Source of the DNA: Acidobacteriota bacterium
GTDB taxonomy: Bacteria; Acidobacteriota; Aminicenantia; S016-38
DNA length: 64,000 bases
Assembly (NCBI GenBank): GCA_015486055.1
Contig: WFSJ01000025.1
Coordinates: forward strand, 1,189 to 65,188
Direction: 5' to 3'
Shown in pieces: positions 9,460-20,517 of this stretch. The translations under genes and the position numbers were made by a program. Below the pieces are notes generated by a model. It had not been told where the DNA came from. It did no database searches and saw nothing but the letters and a program-made list of their open reading frames with translations. Each line of letters opens with the position of its first letter. Positions within the stretch are counted from its first letter, which is position 1.

Positions 9460-12400
9460 GGAGTATCCTCCAGTAAACAGGCCCAAAGACATTGGGAATA
9501 GTAACGGACTTCTGCTTTATTATTTTCATAGAACCAGGAGTTGAACCTGTAACATATATTTCATACTGACCGACAGTCAGGGAACCTCCTCCACCTAATC
9601 TTCCGCCCTGTCTTATTGCCGTAATATTTCCACCACATCCTGGAATAGATATCCTATAAGCTCTCATTTTCCCACCTGCTGAACACACATCACCTGTATC
9701 TGCGGGAGAATAAGTTGTAAAATAAAGGTTACCGAAGACAAAGGGATCATCAAAAAGCTTCTCACCAACCTCAGGGAATTTAAGCTTCCAACCTGAAGCC
9801 GAGGAGGCAACGGCAACTGATGGAGGGTTATTACTTTCATCAAATATGTCAGAGACGTCTGTAAGTATTGAGGAAATATCTTGAAGGTCGGACATACCGA
9901 TAGGCGTGGCTGGTATCCCATTGGGGTCCTTTATTCCAACAAACCACCAATCATTATCACTATTCTTGGGTTCATCCCTCCTTCCAGTTCCTGCATATAC
10001 CCATCTTCCTCCACAGGAATCAAGGGCAACAGTCACTTTCTGAAAGATATTCTGGTCATCCCCAAGCTCGGCAAGTTTTCCCATGTCCCAATCCGCTTTG
10101 TCTGTGCTGCTTATATCAACTTTCCATATATTACCCTTAATATCTCCCACATAAACTGTATCAACCACTCCATCGCTGTTGAGGTCAACTGCTACTGGGG
10201 TTCCAACCAATGAATGCAGGGCAGGTATAACTTTATATTGGTCTGACGGAGGATGAAGAGTAACAGTATTATTTCCCTGTGTAATGGTAACCGTTGGTTC
10301 ACTTCTCACAAAGGCCTTTATAACATCACCGCTTGTGGCATTCAATATAAAGAGGCCTGCCCCTTCATCTATGTCATCCCACTCGCTTGCCTGATGGTCA
10401 GATGGATAACCTCCTGTTGCAAATACAGCGTATACCTTGTCTTCCTCGCCATTAATTTTATATTTGACAACCCCAACCCTCGGTCTTCCCCAGGTTTGAC
10501 CTACAAATTGAGTCCAGTATTCACCCTTCCAGTGATGCTGATATGGAGGTGGTAAACACAGCTCCTTAAAATAGGGGGGACCTGCCTGGCCTGACTGAGG
10601 ACCACCAGCATTGTTCCAGAAAACTATGCAATCTACATCATCTGCAGGAGGAACAGCGGGAAACTCCCAGAGAACCCTTCCATAATGGCGGTTATTATCA
10701 TCATTATCGTAATCTTTGGTAGGGTCGGTTATATCCATGCCATAATACCTTTTTCCTCCCTGGCGAAGCCCAAATGTAAGAAAAGTAAAGAAATCTCTTT
10801 CATCAAAGGATTTGCTAAGGTCATTTAACCTAATATCAAGTGCGGTCATATAACCATCGGCTGAATAATCCCAGGAATTATTTATGGCTGTGCTTGTAAG
10901 CGTTGGAAGAGTATTTGTGGGAACGAGTTCCCTTACTCTCATTCCTGCATCGTAATGGGTGCCGTCATTTGTCCAATCTTTCAAAGTAACAGCATGAAGG
11001 GCACCATCATTTGTCCCGTAATACAGGAGCGGATTTCTATCTTTCCAATCATCATAGAACTCAGCATATTTTTTCCCATATATGTATTTGAGAAAGGCAA
11101 ATGGACTTCCAACCATAACCATATTTGAATGAAATGTATCACCGTGTCCCCAGTAATCTCCACTGGTGTCACAGTGAACTTCAAGATTTGTCCCTTGAGG
11201 GGTAAGGGTACATCCCAGCATGGCCGAATTTATTGGAGGGATGTTTGAAACCCTATCATAGGGAGGGGGAATTTTATAAAACTTTTTTATTTCTTCTGCC
11301 CGCGGGGTTTTAACAATATCCGAAAGTGCGAGAGTTTTTGTATATGTATATGTGAAAATTTTTGATAAAAGATTATCCCTGACAAGTTCAGAGTTAAGGT
11401 TCTTACTTTTCAGATAATTGGTGAGCACAAGTCCTGCATCCCACTTAGAATTGGTGGGGTTTCCATCAGCATCCACAGGAAATTCTCCGTTCTTTAATTC
11501 ATAGGCCTCGAGATGTCCTTTCCAGAATCTTGAATCTTCTCTCGGCCGAAACCAGCTTATAAATCCATAATCTTCTTCTGTAGTAACGGTTTTAGGAGCC
11601 GAAATAGGAGCATAAGAAGATGTTGTTTGAAGTATATAATGAATGGCGCTTCTTATACTCTTAACCAACTCCGAATAATTCTGGGCATTATAATACTGAC
11701 CTCCTCCTTCCTGCGCCGTGTGCTGAAGAAGTTGGGAATCCCCACTCCTAAATTTTATGGTATAGGTGGTAAGGTTCTGATCCCCATCAAGATCGGATCT
11801 TAGATCATGGTTATACAACCACCAAGATACATCATCAAGAAGATGGCTATCCCATTTTTTTACATCATTTAAGTTGTTATCATTATCCAGATCATAAAGA
11901 TCGCTACACTCTCCTTTAAGGTCAGGAATGTATGGTGAATACTCGCAATCGGTTGCGCCGTCACATGAGCATTCAAAATTATCTGAGGTAGGAGATCCAT
12001 CAGTCATGAGGATGGTAAAATTTTTCTGACACCATGCAGTTATGGGAGAAGGACAGGGACCGTTCTCGCACTTATCCCCAGTGAGCCCTTCAGCGAAATA
12101 CTCTCCCGCAGAATCCAAAGTTTCTGCAAGTGGGGTATATCCATATGGGTCTATATCATAAACAGTATTCATCATATCATGTCTCCATTTCGTACACTGG
12201 TCTGAGTCAGACTGGCTACACTTGTCTGGGTCAGAAACATCCTTTATAGGATATACTATTTTCCCTCCAATACTCTTATAGCGAGAATATCCCGTCTGAT
12301 GAAAATCCATAAATCCTATATCAAGTTCATTCCTGAAATCATCAATAAGTTCAATGAGTATCCTTTTAGCAGCTTCCAGTCGCTTAGCATAGTACTCTCC

Positions 12401-12664
12401 ACAACAAGAGCTACACTTAGAAAAGGTGAAAGTTTTCCATCCATCGGAGGTGGTATAAGTTTTAAAATTGTTGTAAGCTGCTTCGTCACCTATCAAAACA
12501 TCGCAGGTATCCATGGAGCCTGACTGGTCCAGCACAAACAAAAGGTTTGGCTTTGCGTACATGGTAAAGAAAACCCTATCATCTGTTGCAGAATTCCCTT
12601 GTGAAAATACTAATTTTGGAATCAAGAACGAAATGAAAGAAACTGCAAGAAATATTTTCCTCAT
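9449..12664 (-). CDS. pilY1: PilY1-like type IV pilus tip adhesin (N-terminal vWA domain plus C-terminal PilC beta-propeller region)
   Basis: 1071 aa with a signal peptide. The vWA MIDAS motif is LFVLDQSGSMD. The large C-terminal region is PilC/PilY1-like, and it is the first gene of the fimT-pilVWX operon. Confidence 0.7.
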   Translation of the reverse strand: MRKIFLAVSFISFLIPKLVFSQGNSATDDRVFFTMYAKPNLLFVLDQSGSMDTCDVLIGDEAAYNNFKTYTTSDGWKTFTFSKCSSCCGEYYAKRLEAAKRILIELIDDFRNELDIGFMDFHQTGYSRYKSIGGKIVYPIKDVSDPDKCSQSDSDQCTKWRHDMMNTVYDIDPYGYTPLAETLDSAGEYFAEGLTGDKCENGPCPSPITAWCQKNFTILMTDGSPTSDNFECSCDGATDCEYSPYIPDLKGECSDLYDLDNDNNLNDVKKWDSHLLDDVSWWLYNHDLRSDLDGDQNLTTYTIKFRSGDSQLLQHTAQEGGGQYYNAQNYSELVKSIRSAIHYILQTTSSYAPISAPKTVTTEEDYGFISWFRPREDSRFWKGHLEAYELKNGEFPVDADGNPTNSKWDAGLVLTNYLKSKNLNSELVRDNLLSKIFTYTYTKTLALSDIVKTPRAEEIKKFYKIPPPYDRVSNIPPINSAMLGCTLTPQGTNLEVHCDTSGDYWGHGDTFHSNMVMVGSPFAFLKYIYGKKYAEFYDDWKDRNPLLYYGTNDGALHAVTLKDWTNDGTHYDAGMRVRELVPTNTLPTLTSTAINNSWDYSADGYMTALDIRLNDLSKSFDERDFFTFLTFGLRQGGKRYYGMDITDPTKDYDNDDNNRHYGRVLWEFPAVPPADDVDCIVFWNNAGGPQSGQAGPPYFKELCLPPPYQHHWKGEYWTQFVGQTWGRPRVGVVKYKINGEEDKVYAVFATGGYPSDHQASEWDDIDEGAGLFILNATSGDVIKAFVRSEPTVTITQGNNTVTLHPPSDQYKVIPALHSLVGTPVAVDLNSDGVVDTVYVGDIKGNIWKVDISSTDKADWDMGKLAELGDDQNIFQKVTVALDSCGGRWVYAGTGRRDEPKNSDNDWWFVGIKDPNGIPATPIGMSDLQDISSILTDVSDIFDESNNPPSVAVASSASGWKLKFPEVGEKLFDDPFVFGNLYFTTYSPADTGDVCSAGGKMRAYRISIPGCGGNITAIRQGGRLGGGGSLTVGQYEIYVTGSTPGSMKIIKQKSVTIPNVFGPVYWRILHEE

Positions 12665-12735
12665 CGTTTCCTCCTTATCTTAACTTTACAATCTATTATC
12701 AGCAAATTCCATGCCAGAGTTTTCTCCCCATAAAT

Positions 12736-12760
12736 AAAAAAAGGGAGGCAAAAGCCTCCC
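12736..12760 (-). terminator. rho-independent terminator downstream of groEL
   Basis: The GGGAGGC-AAAA-GCCTCCC hairpin is followed on the minus strand by TTTTTTTATTT. It lies between the groEL stop and the pilY1 start. Confidence 0.75.
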
Positions 12761-12792
12761 CTTTATTGCGTGTAATTTTTACCCGATTTTCT

Positions 12793-14424
<1,632 letters not shown>

Positions 14425-14715
14425 TTACTTTTTTATTATGGCCAGTATTTCATCCTCTCGCAGGATTACATACTCCTCGCCCCCCAATTTCACATCCGTC
14501 CCTGAGTACTTTCCAATGAGAACTTTATCCCCGGTTTTAACACTCAGTGGAATTTTCTGCCCATTCTCAAGGATTTTACCATCTCCTACAGCTATAACCT
14601 CTGCTTGTTGGGGTTTTTCCTTTGCCGTATCCGGGATAATAATCCCTCCCTTTCTAACTTCCCCTTCCTCTAACCTCTTGAGGATAACTCTGTCGTACAA
14701 TGGTTTTAGTTCCAT
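14425..14715 (-). CDS. groS: co-chaperonin GroES
   Basis: 96 aa with [12 protein letters not shown]...IIIPD. Confidence 0.97.
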   Translation of the reverse strand: MELKPLYDRVILKRLEEGEVRKGGIIIPDTAKEKPQQAEVIAVGDGKILENGQKIPLSVKTGDKVLIGKYSGTDVKLGGEEYVILREDEILAIIKK

Positions 14716-14739
14716 TCCTTACCTCCTTATCATTTTTTA

Positions 14740-14780
14740 CATTTTGATTATAGCAAAATTAGCATATAAGAACTCAAATG
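14740..14780 (-). promoter_or_regulatory. candidate groESL promoter (extended -10 TGcTATAAT)
   Basis: The minus-strand TGCTATAAT (complement of 14747-14754) lies about 30 nt upstream of a GGAGGTAAGG RBS. No canonical CIRCE inverted repeat is visible. Confidence 0.4.
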
Positions 14781-14830
14781 AAATCTCTTTAGAATATGTT
14801 TAGATTTTTTTTACTTTTATCTTATTTCTA

Positions 14831-15043
14831 CTATTTTCTCTTGATCTTATATTTTTTTATTTTTCCAGCGAGGGTATTTCTATGGAGACCAAGGAGGGCA
14901 GCAGCATCCTTTATTTTTCCCCCATTTATTTTCAGAGCTTCCTTTATGTAAATTTTCTCCACCACCTCCTCAAATTCTTCCAATGTGACACCTGAATTAA
15001 TAAGATACCTTATTATTTTCTCAAGTTCTTCTCCGATTTCCAT
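14831..15043 (-). CDS. small Fis-type helix-turn-helix DNA-binding protein
   Basis: The C-terminus AAALLGLHRNTLAGKIKKYKIK matches a Fis/NtrC-type HTH. Length is 70 aa. Confidence 0.6.
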   Translation of the reverse strand: MEIGEELEKIIRYLINSGVTLEEFEEVVEKIYIKEALKINGGKIKDAAALLGLHRNTLAGKIKKYKIKRK

Positions 15044-15510
15044 CTCTCCCTCCAGATTTTCTCTACCTGTCCTGCCATATAAAGCCCTGATGAGTAAATA
15101 TATGGTCCTGTTTTAGAGAATACAACAAAGTTTTTCGTGGAATTAAAAGAGACCAAAAAAATGCAAATAACTGAGAGAAACAAAAATGCCTTAAAGACTG
15201 CAAAGATCGCACCAAATATCCTATCTAAGAGCCCAATGGGGCCCTTTATAAAAAAAGAAATAATTATTGAACCTATGGCAAACGCTATATAAGTCGCAAG
15301 AAATGTAAGGGCAATGGAAGCAAGAACGAGAATCCCTCTCTCTTTTATGTATGGCGAAAGATAAGAGACGGCCTTATCATAATGGAAAACTGCTAAATAC
15401 GCAGCAGTTAAAAGCCCGGCAAGAGAGATAAATTGACGAAGAAATCCTCTTATAAAACCATAAAAAAAGGCGATAACCAAAATCAAAATAACTATAAGGT
15501 CAAAGAGCAT
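15013..15510 (-). CDS. cvpA: CvpA family membrane protein (colicin V production protein-like)
   Basis: 165 aa with four TM helices. The N-terminus (MLFDLIVILILVIAFFYGFIRGF) is typical of CvpA. Confidence 0.7.
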   Translation of the reverse strand: MLFDLIVILILVIAFFYGFIRGFLRQFISLAGLLTAAYLAVFHYDKAVSYLSPYIKERGILVLASIALTFLATYIAFAIGSIIISFFIKGPIGLLDRIFGAIFAVFKAFLFLSVICIFLVSFNSTKNFVVFSKTGPYIYSSGLYMAGQVEKIWRERWKSEKNLRK

Positions 15511-16345
15511 CCTTCCTCCTTCTCATTTCTTCCACTACACTATAAGGGCAAAAATAATCTCCCAGTTTTATCCATGGTTTTCTTTTACCGTGAAAATCAC
15601 TCCCACAGGTTTTTACGAGGGAATATTTAGATGCCAGCTCTGAATAGAATTTGATTTGCTCGCGCGAATGATAGGAGCTTTCTGCCTCTATTCCTTCAAG
15701 GCCAGCTTCCCTGAGATATCTAATCTCTTCCTCTGAAAAGGGCACAAAAGCTCCAGGATGAGCAAGGACAGGCAGAGATATTAATTTTCTGACCCTGCTT
15801 ATAGCCTTTTCAGTTGGCATGTAAACCCTCTCAACGAAGGCGGGTTTCCCTGGGAGGAAGTAATCATTATAAAAAGCCCTTATAGGATCCTTCGCTTTCT
15901 TATAGCTCCCAAGGGAATGATTTTCTATAACAAGTTCTGCGATTATCGGTCCTGTCGGTGGAGTGCCCTTGCTCCTCTTTAGAACTTCATTCATGGGAAC
16001 AGGCATTCCTAAGGCTTCTAATTTCTCCAATCTTCTTCTCGTCAATTCCATTCGCGTTGTTTCTATCTCCTTAATCAGGGAGACGGCTTCATTCTCATCA
16101 AGAAAATAAGCGAGTAGGTGTGTCTCTCTCCCTCTGAATCCTGTGGTAAATTCAACGCCCTTTATAATTTCAATTCCCAACCGGCTGCCGTAATTATAAG
16201 CTTCAGGGTAAGCTTTCATTGTGTCATGGTCAGTTATTGAAAGGGCTGAGAAACCGAGGGATTTCATTTTCCTTATTATCTCCTCCGGGGGAACCTCTCC
16301 ATCTGAACTAAAAACAGAATGAATGTGAAGATCAACCTTTTTCAT
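15500..16345 (-). CDS. PHP-domain metal-dependent phosphoesterase
   Basis: VDLHIHSVFSSDG and ITDHDT are PHP motifs. The ORF reaches 16381, but MKKVDLHIHS at 16345 is the likelier start. Confidence 0.75.
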   Translation of the reverse strand: MKKVDLHIHSVFSSDGEVPPEEIIRKMKSLGFSALSITDHDTMKAYPEAYNYGSRLGIEIIKGVEFTTGFRGRETHLLAYFLDENEAVSLIKEIETTRMELTRRRLEKLEALGMPVPMNEVLKRSKGTPPTGPIIAELVIENHSLGSYKKAKDPIRAFYNDYFLPGKPAFVERVYMPTEKAISRVRKLISLPVLAHPGAFVPFSEEEIRYLREAGLEGIEAESSYHSREQIKFYSELASKYSLVKTCGSDFHGKRKPWIKLGDYFCPYSVVEEMRRRKDAL

Positions 16346-17168
16346 CAAAAAGCCTCCTGAGAGCCTCCTTATATTTTTCAACTGTCCTAAAAACTATTTC
16401 CTCTGGAAGATAGGGAGGTGTGGTTTTTCTATCCCAATCTGTGCTTAACAGATAGTCCCTTACAAACTGCTTATCAAAGCTCGGCTGGGGCTTCCCTGGT
16501 TCATAGGATTCAAGTGGCCAGAATCTTGAAGAATCTGGTGTAAGAAGCTCATCTATAAGGATTGGCCTGCCATTTAGAAACCCGAATTCAAGCTTGGTAT
16601 CAGCAATGATTATTCCCTTCTTTAAAGCATATTCATGAGCCCTTGTGTAAATTTCTATGGATTTTCTCATAAGCTCATCTGAAAATTCCCCAGCTATTTC
16701 CCTGTATTCTTCAATGGATATTGGAAGATCGTGACCTTCCCTTGCCTTTGTTGTCGGGGTAAAAAAAGGATGCGGAAGCTTCCCGCTTTCCTTTAGTCCT
16801 TCTCCCACTTCTTGGCCAAAGAGAGTCCCGGTCTTTTTATACTCCCTCCATCCGCTCCCTGCAAGGTATCCCCTTATAACAAATTCAACAGGAATCGGCT
16901 TAGCTTTTCTTACGAGCATTGCTCTTCCCCTGAATTTTTCTGGCACTCCCTTTATCCTTTCATATTTCCATTCAACAAGATGATTTGGGACATCCCTGAA
17001 GAAATTAAACCAGAGTATACTCATCCTTGTGAGGATTTTCCCTTTCTTAGGGATTAGGCTTGGAAGTATAAAATCAAAGGCAGAGATTCTGTCAGTTGCA
17101 ACAATAAGGAGATGGTCCTTATCGTAAATATAAATATCTCTCACCTTTCCCCTTTTGAAAAGTTTCAT
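16332..17168 (-). CDS. purC: phosphoribosylaminoimidazole-succinocarboxamide synthase
   Basis: Contains GKVRDIY and ATDRISAFD motifs. Confidence 0.9.
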   Translation of the reverse strand: MKLFKRGKVRDIYIYDKDHLLIVATDRISAFDFILPSLIPKKGKILTRMSILWFNFFRDVPNHLVEWKYERIKGVPEKFRGRAMLVRKAKPIPVEFVIRGYLAGSGWREYKKTGTLFGQEVGEGLKESGKLPHPFFTPTTKAREGHDLPISIEEYREIAGEFSDELMRKSIEIYTRAHEYALKKGIIIADTKLEFGFLNGRPILIDELLTPDSSRFWPLESYEPGKPQPSFDKQFVRDYLLSTDWDRKTTPPYLPEEIVFRTVEKYKEALRRLFDEKG

Positions 17169-17237
17169 AATCAGATATTAGCAAAATGAATTTTCTTTTA
17201 CAAGTTTATTGGAAATTTCATCTGAATTTGCAAAAAT

Positions 17238-18530
17238 TCACAGGAAGTTGTTCTTCATTCTTTCCCTCAGATAATCTTTAGTTCTTTCAAAGATTCCTGC
17301 CTGTTCTTCTATAACTTTTTCCGCTCCTTCCCAGTTCATCGCAGCTACTTCTCTTATATAGGAAGCTGTCCTCCCGAAATAAAGAGGGGTCATAATGTTT
17401 ACGAGCCTCCTCCTGTTTCTCCTCCACGTATGGTATGTATATGCAAAATCATAAATGATTTTTGCCCACAATTCCGATGAAACCTCAAGATCGTTTCCTT
17501 CTTCTTTTTCAATATAAGCCTGAGTAAGTCCTTCAAATGATTTGGCGGATAATATGGCTTTATAAAATGCCTCAAAATGTTTGAACCCTTCCACGAACTC
17601 TATCTCCATTTTGTTTATATTTACAGAAATTCCCGGAATATCAGGGGAGGAATTCAACCCCGGGAGCACTGGAACGGACTTGCTTCCTCCCGTTTCCATC
17701 CACTTTCCCCTGTATTCTCCCATAAGATAAAAAAGGGTGGAGACTACCTGAGTGAACATCTGGGAAAGGTCTGCTGCCGGGTCCTTGGGGTCGTGAATTT
17801 TTACCCCAAGGTCAGCTTGGGCAATTTTTTCTTTTTCATTCATAGCTATTGTGCTCATCCATACATCTATACCAAACTTGGCGACATCTGTATCCCATAC
17901 ATCCTTTGATATATAGAACTCAGCCATTTCACCTGAAATGCCGAAGTCACCGCCAATGGGTTGTCTCACCCTTTTACCATAAAGAGCTCTTAGTAGAGGA
18001 TATACAATCATATTCGTTATTGTGCCATCGTATTTATGTCTCCTATAATAGGGAAACACAAATTCGTAACCTTCTTTTATCACAGCCTCCCCTAAAAGCT
18101 TTACCCACTCAGGGGTTAAACTCCTGAGGTCAGAGTCAAAAACCACAACAGCTTTCGTGCCGAAATGAGAGGCAGCTTCAAACACGGCCCTGAAAGATGT
18201 TCCTTTACCAGGTAGGCCCCTGTAAATGTCAACATTTTTTTTCACTCCCCTTGGTATCTCCACCATCAAAGCATTTTCCCTCGTGTTGTCGGTAGAGCCC
18301 CCATCTGCCACGAAAATCCCTGTTTTCAGGTTAGGAAAATACTTTCTAAGGCCGAGCCCAGTCTGGGAAATAACATAAGATATCGTTTCCTCATTATTAT
18401 AACAGGGAATGCCAACAAGAAGATCAAGTTTCCCAACCTTTTCTATCCATCTCAGAGTATTGTCTCTCAGAGCTGAATCGTATTTCTTAAAGGACATTTC
18501 CACCTCCAGAAATTCCCTTGTAATATTCAA
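17238..18530 (-). CDS. GT78-like GT-A glycosyltransferase (mannosylglycerate synthase / glucosylglycerate synthase family)
   Basis: RGLPGKGTSFRAVF, FDSDLRSLTPEW, QPIGGDFGISGEMA and KFGIDVWM align with Rhodothermus MGS (RPGKGDGMNTAL, YDADITSFGPDW, QPLGGELL, DWGIDTLY). Confidence 0.55.
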   Translation of the reverse strand: MNITREFLEVEMSFKKYDSALRDNTLRWIEKVGKLDLLVGIPCYNNEETISYVISQTGLGLRKYFPNLKTGIFVADGGSTDNTRENALMVEIPRGVKKNVDIYRGLPGKGTSFRAVFEAASHFGTKAVVVFDSDLRSLTPEWVKLLGEAVIKEGYEFVFPYYRRHKYDGTITNMIVYPLLRALYGKRVRQPIGGDFGISGEMAEFYISKDVWDTDVAKFGIDVWMSTIAMNEKEKIAQADLGVKIHDPKDPAADLSQMFTQVVSTLFYLMGEYRGKWMETGGSKSVPVLPGLNSSPDIPGISVNINKMEIEFVEGFKHFEAFYKAILSAKSFEGLTQAYIEKEEGNDLEVSSELWAKIIYDFAYTYHTWRRNRRRLVNIMTPLYFGRTASYIREVAAMNWEGAEKVIEEQAGIFERTKDYLRERMKNNFL

Positions 18531-19677
18531 GGACTCGCTTAATTATGGTTTTACTGACTTTCTCCTTTGATGCTCTTTCAATCCTCTTTGTTCTCCCATC
18601 CCTGAAGATCAGATAACCTTCGTTCTCCTCAGCGCTGAATCCCACTCCGCTTCTCACAGGGTTTACAAATAAAATGTCCGCTTCCTTTTCAAGCAGTTTC
18701 TTCTTTCCTCTCTCAATAAAATCTCTGGCCTCTGCAGCAAAGGCAACTATTACTTGGTGTTCTCTCTTTTTTTGCGATATCTCTTTTAAAATATCATGAG
18801 TCATCCCAAACTCAATGTTTAGCTTGCCTTCCCTTTTTATCTTTTCTTTAAATCTCCTTACAGGTTTAAAGTCGCCAACTGCTGCTGTCATAAAAAAAAT
18901 GTCAAAATCTCTTCCCTTCAACCTCTTCCTTAACTCATCTACCGCATCAAATCTTTCCGTTTTAACAAATGTTTTCTCACAGGAAGAGGCAGAAAGTAGA
19001 AGGAGAACATCTGCTCCCATAAGGGCTGCTTCATGTGCTATCGCAACTCCTTGCTTACCAGAAGAGGAATTTGAGATAAATCTAACATCGTCAATAAATT
19101 CCCTCGTTGCTCCCGCCGTAACCAGAACTTTCACCCTTTTCATTTCCTTTCCAAGGCCTGAAATTACATTGAAAACTATCCTTTTTGGTTCTGCCAGTCT
19201 CCCTTCCCCCTCTTCCTTACATGCAAGATATCCTGACTCAGGCTCAATTATGAAAACCCCATCCTCTTTCAATCTCTTAAGATTCCGCTGGGTTGCAGGA
19301 TGAAGGAGCATTTCCTCATTCATAGCAGGAGCTAAAAACACAGGCTTTTTACAGGCTAAATAAAGGGAACTTAAAAAATCATCTGCTATACCGCAGGAAA
19401 ATTTTGCAATTACATCAGCGGTGGCAGGAGCAATTAAGAGAGCCTCCGAGTTCTCACACAGTTCAATATGTTCAAGACCACTTTTTAAATCTCTAAACTG
19501 GCTCGTTATTACATCTTCTCCTGATAAAGACCGGAAGGTAAGAGGAGATACAAAATTGGTGGAGTTTTCGGTCATAACAACCTTTACAGCCCATCCTCTT
19601 TTCTGGAACTCCCTGAGAATTTCAATAGCTTTGTATGCAGATATTGATGCTGTAACTCCAAGAATTACTTTCTTCAT
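18487..19677 (-). CDS. coaBC: bifunctional phosphopantothenoylcysteine decarboxylase / phosphopantothenate-cysteine ligase
   Basis: An N-terminal flavoprotein domain (GVTASISAYK) is followed by a C-terminal ligase domain. Length is 396 aa. Confidence 0.9.
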   Translation of the reverse strand: MKKVILGVTASISAYKAIEILREFQKRGWAVKVVMTENSTNFVSPLTFRSLSGEDVITSQFRDLKSGLEHIELCENSEALLIAPATADVIAKFSCGIADDFLSSLYLACKKPVFLAPAMNEEMLLHPATQRNLKRLKEDGVFIIEPESGYLACKEEGEGRLAEPKRIVFNVISGLGKEMKRVKVLVTAGATREFIDDVRFISNSSSGKQGVAIAHEAALMGADVLLLLSASSCEKTFVKTERFDAVDELRKRLKGRDFDIFFMTAAVGDFKPVRRFKEKIKREGKLNIEFGMTHDILKEISQKKREHQVIVAFAAEARDFIERGKKKLLEKEADILFVNPVRSGVGFSAEENEGYLIFRDGRTKRIERASKEKVSKTIIKRVLEYYKGISGGGNVL

Positions 19678-20270
19678 AAGAGTTCCTTTACGAATTCCTC
19701 CATTCTCCTGGTTCTCAGTCTTTCTCCTTTTATTATGGAAGATACTCCATCCACTGCTACTTCAAGTTTGTCATTTACTACTATATGAGTGAAAACATTG
19801 TAAAGGGAGAGTTCAAATACTGATTTTTCAAACCTTTCTTTTATAGCCTTTTCAGATGTATCCTTTCTGCCCTTCAGTCTCCTCAAAAGCTCTTCCCTTG
19901 ATGGAGGAACAATCAGGATTCTTATACTATTCGGAAATAATTTCTTAATAGAAATAGCCCCCTGAATATCTATATCAAGAAGCACATCTCCTTGCTTTCT
20001 TCTCTTGTTGAGTTCCTTCTTTGAAGTGCCGTAAAAATGGTTATATACCTCAGCCCATTCAGCAAATTCATTTTCGTCTATCATCCTCATAAATTCTTCC
20101 CTAGAAACGAAATAGTAATCTCTTCCGTTCTTCTCCTTCCCCCTTGGCCCTCTCGTTGTGTGGGAAACTGAGAATACAATACTCTCTAAATTATTCATTA
20201 CTCCTCTTGCTACCGATGTCTTCCCAGCGCCGGATGGTCCCGAAACAACAATTATAAGGTTTCTATTCAC
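19674..20270 (-). CDS. gmk: guanylate kinase
   Basis: P-loop is SGPSGAGKTS. Also contains HTTR.PR..E..G.DY. Confidence 0.9.
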   Translation of the reverse strand: MNRNLIIVVSGPSGAGKTSVARGVMNNLESIVFSVSHTTRGPRGKEKNGRDYYFVSREEFMRMIDENEFAEWAEVYNHFYGTSKKELNKRRKQGDVLLDIDIQGAISIKKLFPNSIRILIVPPSREELLRRLKGRKDTSEKAIKERFEKSVFELSLYNVFTHIVVNDKLEVAVDGVSSIIKGERLRTRRMEEFVKELL

Positions 20271-20517
20271 CTGTAATATCCCCCTCTATTCTCATAATTA
20301 CAGTGGTTGGAGAGATAGCAGATACTATGATGTGTCCGCTGTCAGTCACTATCACAGTTTTCTCCTGTCTTCCCATGGTGGCATCTATAAGCATTCCCCT
20401 CTCCTTGGCAGAATCTTTCAACCTTTTTACAGGAAGGGAATCAACAGAAAGGATTGCTATAATTCTATCTCTCATTACGGCATTTCCAAATCCTATGTGA
20501 ATCATCTTGTTCATCAT
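20263..20517 (-). CDS. remA: DUF370 family protein (RemA/YlzA-like)
   Basis: GFGNAVMRDRIIAI...VKRLKD...GMLIDATMGRQEKTVIVTDSGHIIVSA matches DUF370. Synteny yloC-remA-gmk-coaBC is conserved. Confidence 0.8.
   Translation of the reverse strand: MMNKMIHIGFGNAVMRDRIIAILSVDSLPVKRLKDSAKERGMLIDATMGRQEKTVIVTDSGHIIVSAISPTTVIMRIEGDITGE

Noticed and set aside
14716-14830. Searched for a CIRCE element (TTAGCACTC-N9-GAGTGCTAA) or HAIR repeat upstream of groES
   Set aside because: Only a TTAGCA half-match and an ACTCAAA half-site are present. There is no convincing inverted repeat, so no HrcA/HspR operator is claimed.
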